In this document: positions 9,040 through 17,982 of the stretch, in pieces
Numbering within the stretch: position 1 is the stretch's first letter
How the letters are laid out: every line of letters begins with the position of its first letter
NCBI GenBank assembly: GCA_002104945.1
Contig: MCFH01000180.1
Location: 1 to 20,905, forward strand
Length of the DNA: 20,905 bases
From: Piromyces finnis finn
Taxonomy: Eukaryota; Fungi; Neocallimastigomycota
Direction: 5' to 3'
The notes under the pieces: model-generated
What the model saw: only the letters and a program-made list of their open reading frames with translations
Told to the model about the DNA's origin: nothing
Databases searched by the model: none
Translations under genes and position numbers: made by a program

Positions 9040-9096
9040 TAGACCCCCTTGAGAAACTACATTTATTAAATAAATGAAGGCACGTTCCCAAGAGGG
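8850..9096 (+). repeat. Two tandem 124-bp units (8850-8973, 8974-9096); about 1.5 units in R' (3198-3320, 3321-3386)
   Basis: Each unit begins ACCAAGCATCCATTGCGCAAT(G/A)CTTGG and ends near AAGAGGG; only a few substitutions between units. Confidence 0.93.
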
Positions 9097-10671
9097 ATGG
9101 AAACTTAAAAGTACGGAAAATGATAAATAATAAAATTCAAGATTTTAACATTTTTCTTAATAACTATAAAGATTCTGTACACACTTTGAAGAATTCTATC
9201 TACTCGTAGATTTCATGCATTTTTTTATATAAAATTTTTAAAAAATCTTTACACACAATTTTCTTTACACCATTGTTTCTTTTTTTTTTTTTTTTTTTTT
9301 TTACTGTTTTTTATAACTTTTAATTATTTATTATTTCTAAAAAAAAAATGTATATTTTTTAATAAAACTTTTTTTTAACTATATAGGGTACTTATATATT
9401 TTTAATGTATATTTTATATTTTTGTATTGTAATTCATGCTATTATTCTAAAAAAAAAAAAATTTAATTGATATGATATATGAATAATATAGATGATAACT
9501 AAATATTAATTAGTATAATTATTATCTGTAATATTAAATAGTATAATATTATAATATAATAGGTAGTATTATTATATAGTATCATTTTGTATAAAAATAT
9601 TAATATTTAAAATATTTATAGTTTAAGTAACTCTAAAAAAAGATAAAGAAATTTTAAAAATAAAAAAAAGTTTTTTTTTTCCATTTTTTAAAATAGTTTA
9701 AACTTAAGCATTATAAATTTAAACAAAATTCCTTTTTCCTTTTTTTTCTAAGATTAAAATGATAGTTATTAAAATTGATATAGGTTTTTCTTTTTGCTTT
9801 CTTACTCTAAAAATGAATATTAAATTTCTTTTTTTTTTTTTTATAAAACTAAAACTATAAAATTGTTACAATATGAAGAATAAAAATTAAATACTTTACA
9901 TTTTATCTATAAAAAAAATAATATAAAAAATGAAATACTGATTTTTTTTCTTTTTTTTTCCTCTTTTTTCTTTTTCATTTCATTTTTTGTTATCATTTTC
10001 TGGGTTGGCTATATAATTATAAAAATAAATTAAAGATAACAAAAAAAAAAAAAAGGAAAAAAAAAACATTTACTGATTTTATTAATTCTCATAAGAATTA
10101 ATAAATTATATTACAATAATATTATAAAAAAAGAAAGTATATATACAATTATATAAAAGAATTAAATATATAATAAAATAAATTATATATTTTCTTTTAT
10201 ATACTTTTTATTTGTATATTTGTTTATGTTTTTCCTTTCATTTGCGTTTTTATAAAATATTATTTTTTGTTTCCATTAAAAACTGAATTTCATAAAATAT
10301 ATAATAAATGCGAATGTTTTTGTTTACTTATTGTTTTTTTTTAGTGATAAAATGTAGATAATAATTAAAAAATAATTAACCGTATGGAAATTAAATTTTT
10401 GATATTGTATTTTTTCGTAAAGTAATTTTTTTTAAATATTGATGTAGTTGTTATTATTTTTTTGCTTTTTGCTTTTTGTTTAATTTGATTGTTTGTTTGT
10501 ATTATTATTATTGCTATATTGTATTAATGTTGTTATTTTATTTATTTTTATATAATTTATGGAGAGATAATTTTTTCTTTATCATGAGATTCTTTTTTTT
10601 TAATATCACAATCTATGATAATAATGATGATGATATAATTTAATTAAAAAAAATAATTATTAATATAAAAT

Positions 10672-11847
10672 TTAATTAACGGTAATGCGACTTTCACAAA
10701 TATCCATTTCAGTTGGTTTTACTTCTCCAGTAGCTGCATTAGCAGGACTAGTAGTATTGGTAGTTGGAAGAATATCATTTCTTCTCTTGGTAAAAGTGCG
10801 AGTGATATTACGACGAATAGAAGCACCATTAGTTAAAGAGCGCTTAAGACCCTTTAAAGTATCTGGGAAGTTTTGGTATTTCTTATTCTTTTTTAAGTAA
10901 AGTAAACCAGCACCAGCAGCACCAGAAACCATGATTACACCAGTAAGTGGCATAATAATGTTTCCAGAACCCTTGTTCTTGCCTTCATTATCGACAGGTT
11001 CTTTAAGTTCAATTTTAACATCTCCGGCTGTGTTTTCAAGAACTGGAGTACCAACAGTAGCTTCAACGCCAGTAGCAGCTTCAGTAGTAGTGGTAGTACC
11101 TGGGTTAGTTATACCTTCAGTAGTAGTAACAGTACCATCTACAGAAGTAGCATTTTGTTGAGTGGTGGTGGTAGTAGTATTTTGTTGAGTAGTAGAAGAA
11201 GAAGTGGTAGTATTAGCAGTAGTAACTGGTTTTGGTTGAGTTTGAGTGGTAACTGGCTTTGGTTGGGTTTGAGTAATTGGTTTTGAAGCTTGAGTAGTAG
11301 TTGGTTTTGGCTTTGAAGCTTGAGTAGTAGTTGATTTTGGCTTTGGAGCTTGAGTAGTGGTTGGCTTTGGCTTTGGAGCTTGAGTAGTAGTTGATTTTGG
11401 CTTTGTACTACTAGAAGATCCAGAAATATTACAACTAGAATCTGGGCAAACACCTTTTTTACCATATAAATCACAAGAAACGATACTCCAATCAGCATAC
11501 ATAATACCAGCACTCTCTTTTTCAAAATGGGTAAACATAGCTGGAGAAATATCAAGACCTTGGTTACCACATCCTGGGCATCTATCAGTAATACGACCGA
11601 CAAGATATTTGTTATTATAGACAATCTTGACACATTTTCCACAATAGTAGCTTTTATTTTTGTCAAGTTGGTTGCTATTTAAAGCAACATAATAATCAAC
11701 AATATATTGTGAGTCACTACCACAACTTGGAGGATCACTATGAGATGGAGCTGGAGAATACATTGAAACTCTACCCTTACCTAAAACATTTAAAGGCATG
11801 GTAAGAGCGATAGCTAAAGTAGATTTTAAAACGTTTTTTAATTGCAT
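10672..11847 (-). CDS. Intronless type-I membrane protein with RlpA-like DPBB (loosenin/expansin-related) domain, Thr/Pro/Lys stalk, TM helix and basic cytoplasmic tail, 391 aa
   Basis: Signal-like N-terminus. YVALN, CGKCVKI, ITDRCPGC and GLDISPAMF are typical of fungal DPBB/loosenin proteins. Hydrophobic IIMPLTGVIMVSGAAGAGLLYL is followed by KKNKK. Confidence 0.92.
   Translation of the reverse strand: MQLKNVLKSTLAIALTMPLNVLGKGRVSMYSPAPSHSDPPSCGSDSQYIVDYYVALNSNQLDKNKSYYCGKCVKIVYNNKYLVGRITDRCPGCGNQGLDISPAMFTHFEKESAGIMYADWSIVSCDLYGKKGVCPDSSCNISGSSSSTKPKSTTTQAPKPKPTTTQAPKPKSTTTQASKPKPTTTQASKPITQTQPKPVTTQTQPKPVTTANTTTSSSTTQQNTTTTTTQQNATSVDGTVTTTEGITNPGTTTTTEAATGVEATVGTPVLENTAGDVKIELKEPVDNEGKNKGSGNIIMPLTGVIMVSGAAGAGLLYLKKNKKYQNFPDTLKGLKRSLTNGASIRRNITRTFTKRRNDILPTTNTTSPANAATGEVKPTEMDICESRITVN
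11281..11405 (-). repeat. Four 30-bp coding tandem repeats (PK[S/P]TTTQA[P/S]K)
   Basis: Units such as TTGAGTAGTAGTTGGTTTTGGCTTTGAAGC recur with 30-nt period. Confidence 0.9.
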
Positions 11848-12816
11848 TTTCGTTTAATTAATAGAGTTATTCTTTTTTTATTTCAATTATTATTTAAAAT
11901 ATTTAAGTTTAATATCTCTTATAAATCTTTTTTATTTTTTAACGAAAAAAAATTAAAGGAATATTATTTGTTAAAAAATGTTAAAAAGAAAAATAAACTT
12001 TATAAAGCTTAAATAAATAGTATTTTTTATTATTTTATTTTTAAAAAAAAATATATTATTTTATTATTAATAAATATCTTTTTTATTATTTTCTTTCTTG
12101 TTTTATTTTAATAAATATAAAATAAAAATAGACTTGATAAAGTGTATTTTTAACGTTTTAAAATAAAAAGAAAGAATTTGGTTTTTAAGAATGTTTTATT
12201 AAAAAATAGATAGAAAGTAATAGAATAATAATTATTATTATTATTATTATTATTATTGTTATTCTAAATAACTTCTAATTTAATTTTTTTTATTTTATAA
12301 TAAATAATTTTATAGTTTTTTTTTTTTTTTTACTTTTTTTCTTTATTGAGTAAAGGTAAAAAAAAAAAGGAAAAAAGTGGACTATTTATAATTTTTTTTA
12401 ATTTTAAATTTCATTTCATCCATGCAACCAAAAATTAAACCAAAACTTTTTTTTATCTTCCTACATATTACCACAAAAAAAGAAAAATTATTTTTTATTT
12501 TTAATTTAATTTTTTTAAAAAAGTTTAATTAATAATAAAATTTAATTATAATTAATTAAAAAAATTATTTATAATTAAAAAAATAATTAAATGCATTTTA
12601 TTATTATTTAAAATTTCAAGTTTAATACATTATCTACAATTACATTACATTATATTACATTAAAATTATGAATCAAAAGTTTAGCTAGGTCATGTATCAT
12701 TTATTAATGAGATTTAATAAAAACTAATTTTTAAATATTTTATTTTATACATCTTTTGTATTTTTCTTAAAAAGCATGCTATACACAAGCAAGCAAAACT
12801 ATTAATTTGGCTTCAT

Positions 12817-12860
12817 TTTGGTTCCAGTTTGGTTCCAGTTTGGTTCCAGTTTGATTCCAG
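12817..12860. repeat. 4 x 11-bp tandem repeat TTTGGTTCCAG
   Basis: Three perfect units and one TTTGATTCCAG. Confidence 0.9.
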
Positions 12861-13719
12861 TTTTTTAGTTGATTGAGAAAATAAAAAATTTTTAAAAAAT
12901 AAAAATAGTTCATACATTTTTACCATATATTAATAATAATATTGTTCTAATATTATTATTAATAGTTTAAATAGTATAATTTTATTATTGATTTATTGTA
13001 AATATATAGTTAATATATGATTAATTGAATCTGTTTTAATTAATAAAAAAAGAGTTGGATTTGTAAACGATCCAAAATTAAATAAATTAATTGATAAGCT
13101 AATATATTATAATTTATTAATCATTAATATATGATGTTATTTAAAACAATATATTATATTAATATTTTACAATCGGTGAATTATACATATTAAAGTCTAT
13201 TCTATATTGATTTTATTTAATTAATTATGAATTGTTACAATATAATAATTATATAATATTTGTGTCACGAAAATAAATTAATTTTTAAAAATTAGGAGTA
13301 AATTTTTTAACATATCCATCATCGTTCATTTTTTGTATAAAAATGATTATATTGTAATATATATTTACTATATATAATAATGTATTATTTTTATGATATG
13401 TGACATGTTGAGTTTAAAAATTTTCTTGGTACATTAAAATGACAGTAAGAAAAAAAAAGGTCAAGTAAAATGTAAAAAAGAAAAGTTAAGGTAAAAAATA
13501 GTAAAATAATAATAATGATAAAGAAAAAACTTCATTAACCTCAAAGAGGACACCTCTTATCTAAGAATCTTACTTTTTTTTATTTCATTGATTTAATTGT
13601 ATGTCGAGAAAAAAAAAAAAAGAAAGAAACAATTTAAAAAAAAACCATTATAAAAATAAATAATGAATGGGATTGATCGTGGTAGAAATAAAAAGAATGT
13701 ACCAAAAATGTACATAGAA

Positions 13720-13821
13720 ATCAAGCAGAAAAAAAAATATATTGAATGTAAAATGCATTGTAATAATAATATCAAGCAGAAAAAAAAATACATTGAATGT
13801 AAAATGCATTGTAATAATAAT
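13720..13821. repeat. 2 x 51-bp tandem duplication
   Basis: ATCAAGCAGAAAAAAAAATA(T/C)ATTGAATGTAAAATGCATTGTAATAATAAT twice, one substitution. Confidence 0.9.
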
Positions 13822-16800
13822 AATGAAAAAAAATAGCTAATGAAATGGACTTTAAAGTGGCACCAGAAAAGATATTGATTTTTTTAAAAAAATATTAATA
13901 TAAATAAATGTAGTAATAATTGCTTTAATATTGTTTTTTTTTGTGTGTGTGCACGTATGTATGTGTGTGTAATGCCATTTTTTCTTTAACTTACAAATGT
14001 GTAGTATGGTCATGAAATATAATAGGTAAAGCTTTTTTAAAAAAAAATATATGAAATGTAACTTTTTTAATGTCACATTTTTTTAATTAAAAAATTTATA
14101 TTACATTTTAATCAATGTAGATCAATAAATGTAAATGTAAAAATAATGTAATAATAGATAATGATGTTATTTTGACCCTATCAAAATAAAAAAAAAGTCT
14201 GTATTTCGTTTATTTGTCTACATTTGTATACATTAATTTTTCATTGTAATTATTCTGTTACAATTTAATTAAAAAAATTTTATCCAATAAAATGAAGGAA
14301 AAAAAACTTTAATAAATAATAAAATTGTAAAAATAATAAAAAACACTCACAAGACATTTTCATAAATAATTATTAATAATAGTAATAATTAATAAATAAA
14401 AGCCTATTAAATAAGCCTTTTTAATTATTATACCATTTAATTATAAAACTTTATATTATTATTAATTATAATAGTAATACTATGTCATGTCATGCACTTT
14501 AATGCTCTTTAATATTATTAATTATCTATGTAATACATTTAATACTAATGTAATAGTATTAATTAATGAATAACATTCATACATTTATCTATTTTTCATG
14601 CATTCCTAATAATCTTAATTCACATTCTCATTTAAACCTAATTGTCTAAATGCATAAATACATTGTATATCATACATCATTCTACGTATTATCCTTTTAC
14701 CTTTTAATATCCTATAGGTACCCTTTAATACTAAATAATAACTTTTTAATTTTTAAAAGCTATAAAAATTAAAATTATGATTATCACTTTTTGTTATGAA
14801 TACATTAATACATGAAGCTTTATCAAAAAAAATGAAATGAAATGACAGGTTGAATAAACCATTCAAAATACCTTTTGATGATGTTGTTAAATAAGAATAT
14901 AAAAAAAAAAAAGTTTTTCTTTCCATATTTTTAATGGATGGTGAAAAGTTTAACCTTCTCATACTAGAGTTGTGGCTTGAAAGAGAATGTGAGATTAAAA
15001 TAAAATAAAAAGTCTAAAGTGTTATTGTAACGTAGCCGTGAGACAAATATCATATCCAGTAAGAACAAACCACTTGTAATATTTAAAGTTTTAGGGTGTA
15101 ACCTCTTTTCCAAACCGTTCTTTCTCTTTATTAATTTCGTACAGAGATAGGAATGTAATAAATAAATAAATTTAATGAATGAATAATATTATAAAGGAGT
15201 AATCATGAAAATAGTTTTAAAAAATATAAATATAAATATAAAACTATTCCAATAAAGATTCTTTTCTACATGCACATAATATAAAATTGAGTGATGAACT
15301 TTTAGTATTGTTAAAGGAAAGATATCTTTCTTGTTTATATTTTTATTGACTGATATCAGTAAAAATATTCATAATTCATAAATGTACATTAATGTATAAT
15401 GTAAATACATTTTTTAAAAAATGAGAAATGGAATTTTCTGTATTAAAAAAAAATTGATACTCCATAATAGTAAAAATGATGTATTATATGTATTATTTAC
15501 TACAATATTATTGGTTAAACAGTTTGAATAATAGTAAATTAACGTATTAGATTTCCTATTGTTTTTGTAGGACAAAATAAAAGATTGAATTTTATTGGTT
15601 TTATGACTTAAATTAATCAAAAATTAAAGTTTTAAAAAAATTACATTTTTTAAAAATACAAATAAAAAATGATAATATGGTTTAAATAATGTAAATACAT
15701 CAAGTTTTATTATTAATATTATGTACTTAATAATAATAAAACTTGATCGATTTATATTATTTAAATCATGCCTTATAATAGATATGAACTTTATAATAAA
15801 TACATAGCCTACTCTATTTTTAGTTTTTAGCACTAACTTTATGTATTCACATGATATATAATTATGAATTCATGCAATTATTGTAAATTTATTCTAATAA
15901 TACATTTAAATATGTCTAATTTACATTTATAATTGGATTGAATATATTATTAATTAAGGTTTTTATATCAATAACAAATAATATCAAATGATTTTATCAA
16001 TACAACTATACACAAAATATATTAGTATCATATATTAATCATACCATAAAATGTAGACCAAAAATATTTTTTATATTACATTATTATTTCGTACATTATG
16101 ATAATGTATTGTAAGATAGGTAAACGACATTGATAATAAAAACTTTTTTTTTCAACCATTAGGATTGGTGAAAAGTTTTTATTGATAGTAAAAAAAAAAA
16201 AGGAAAAGCCTTCTGATAATAAAAAAAAAAAAGATAAAAAGTGGAAAGAGATAATGGAATTAAGATTAAAAAAAAATTTAAAAAATTCATTTTTATAAAA
16301 TATTCCATTTGATTTATTTACATTATTATTTATTCATTTATTTATTTATTAATGATATTTATTTATATTATTATTTATTCATTTATTTATTTATATTAAT
16401 ATTATTTATTTAGAATATTAGTTATTTATTCACTTATTTATTTTGTCACCATGATCTTAAATTCTTTTTTAATATGCCCATTTTTAGTAGTTTCAATGAA
16501 AATCAACAAATAAAATTTTTTTTAATAGGAATGGATGGATCATACTAAAACAAAAATTAAATTAAAAAAATTTAATAATAAAAAAGGTTTTCAAAAAAAA
16601 AAAAGTTTTTTATATAGAAATGAACAAGTTAACAACAAAAAGTAAAATAATGTTTATTAACAATTACTTTTTACAAAAGAATAATACATTATAATAATAA
16701 TATTCAATAATTATTGATAGTAATAAGGTTTAATATTTAATAATACATTATACATCACATCACAAATATAGATTAAATTAAAAAATTGTTTTTTTTTTAA

Positions 16801-17686
16801 TTATTAATATTGTACTTGTACTCATTCTCCGGGCAAACAATAAAGTTAAATGAATATGATGTAATCATTCATTCTCATGCATGCTTTAATTAATAATATG
16901 CACCAATGAATAAAGTAAAACAAAAAGTTATCATCATGCCATTTATTTTTATTAATATTTTTTATGTTTTTTTTTTTTTTAAAGTATTTAGAGTTTGTGT
17001 TTTTTAACATTTTTACTTTGCATTATCAATAAAATTCTAGTTATTTACTTTGAAAATGCTAAAATGTTGATAATATAATAAAAATTACTATAAAATACAA
17101 ATTAAAATATTCATTGTAATTGTAATAACTTTTTTTATTATCTTGTCATAGATTATTCTTTTGAATTTTTTATCTTTAATAGTTTTTTTTCATTCTTATG
17201 AAATTAATTTAAAAGGTTAGGTTTTGTAAAATGATTTAACAAAATGATTTTGAATAAACAAAACCAAAAAAAAAAAAAAGAATGGCTAAGAAGGACAATG
17301 ATAATAACAATAATAAAAAAAAAACATACTATTATTTTACCTTTGTTTATAAAATTAATATAATTTTCAAATTTATTGGATAGATTCGTTATACGAATAA
17401 GTTATTTATAAGATCTTTAAAAATAATAATAATATATAAAAGTCAGACAATGATCATTTAATTCTTATTTAATGATGCTTTCACAAAGATATATACAAAT
17501 ATAATTATAAATTAACATTAATTATTTCTTTAAAATTGTATCTTTCTATTAAAATTTAGTATAATTAACTTTATAAAATTAGGTTTCACTTTTATCTAAG
17601 ATATTCTTTGCTACATTTTATGTTTTTTTTTATTTTTTAATTCGACTTTATAAAATTAAGAATGTATATAATATTTTCTGTTTATG

Positions 17687-17726
17687 TTTATATTTATATT
17701 TATATTTATATTTATATTTATATTTA

Positions 17727-17769
<43 letters not shown>
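17687..17769. repeat. Compound microsatellite (TTTATA)n then (ATT)n
   Basis: Read directly; lies ~210 nt upstream of the LRR gene start. Confidence 0.9.
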
Positions 17770-17982
17770 TAATAACTATTTGTAAATTATTATGGTGGTT
17801 GAATTCGAATTTTTATTTATTTTTATTCATTTATTCTTTTCTTTTGATTTTTATTATCCTTACTAAAAATAGGTTTACTTTAAAAAACTTTATTTTTATG
17901 TATACAGGATATTTTATGTTGAAAGAAGGTCAATATTTAAATGTTTTTTTTTTCTTATAAACAATAATAAATAAATAACATT

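Larger units (their letters stand above)
3387..9096 (-). mobile_element. Full-length non-LTR retrotransposon (APE-type LINE, clade not assigned); 5' boundary uncertain between ~8400 and 9096
   Basis: Single intact APE-RT-CCHC ORF, ~240-nt 3' UTR, AATAAA, A52 tail (T run 3387-3438). No integrase, protease or RNase H seen. The 9096 boundary assumes R and the 124-bp units belong to the element. Confidence 0.9.

Noticed and set aside
8850-9096. Palindromic repeats resembling a CRISPR array
   Set aside because: The units are fully tandem with no unique spacers, only two copies, no cas genes, and a eukaryotic context.
9280-9302. T run as the tail of another retro-insertion
   Set aside because: No associated element body or target duplication is identifiable, and long homopolymers are common in this window.
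10685-11666. ORFs 10685-10900, 10931-11161 and 11139-11666
   Set aside because: Shadows of the DPBB gene, prolonged by its repeat region.
14940-15160. Slightly GC-richer patch with a ~64-codon stop-free minus frame
   Set aside because: No recognisable protein motif or splice chain. It could be a decayed element fragment, but that cannot be supported without a search.
13593-15833. Short Phe/Leu/Ile/Lys-rich ORFs in the spacer (13593, 13852, 14753, 15414, 15624)
   Set aside because: Low-complexity translations of A/T tracts with non-ATG starts and no domain signal.
12623-16749. Recurrent TAATACATT (12623, 14531, 15898, 16682, 16741; reverse at 13379)
   Set aside because: An almost all-A/T word in low-complexity DNA; enrichment cannot be established without a proper background model.
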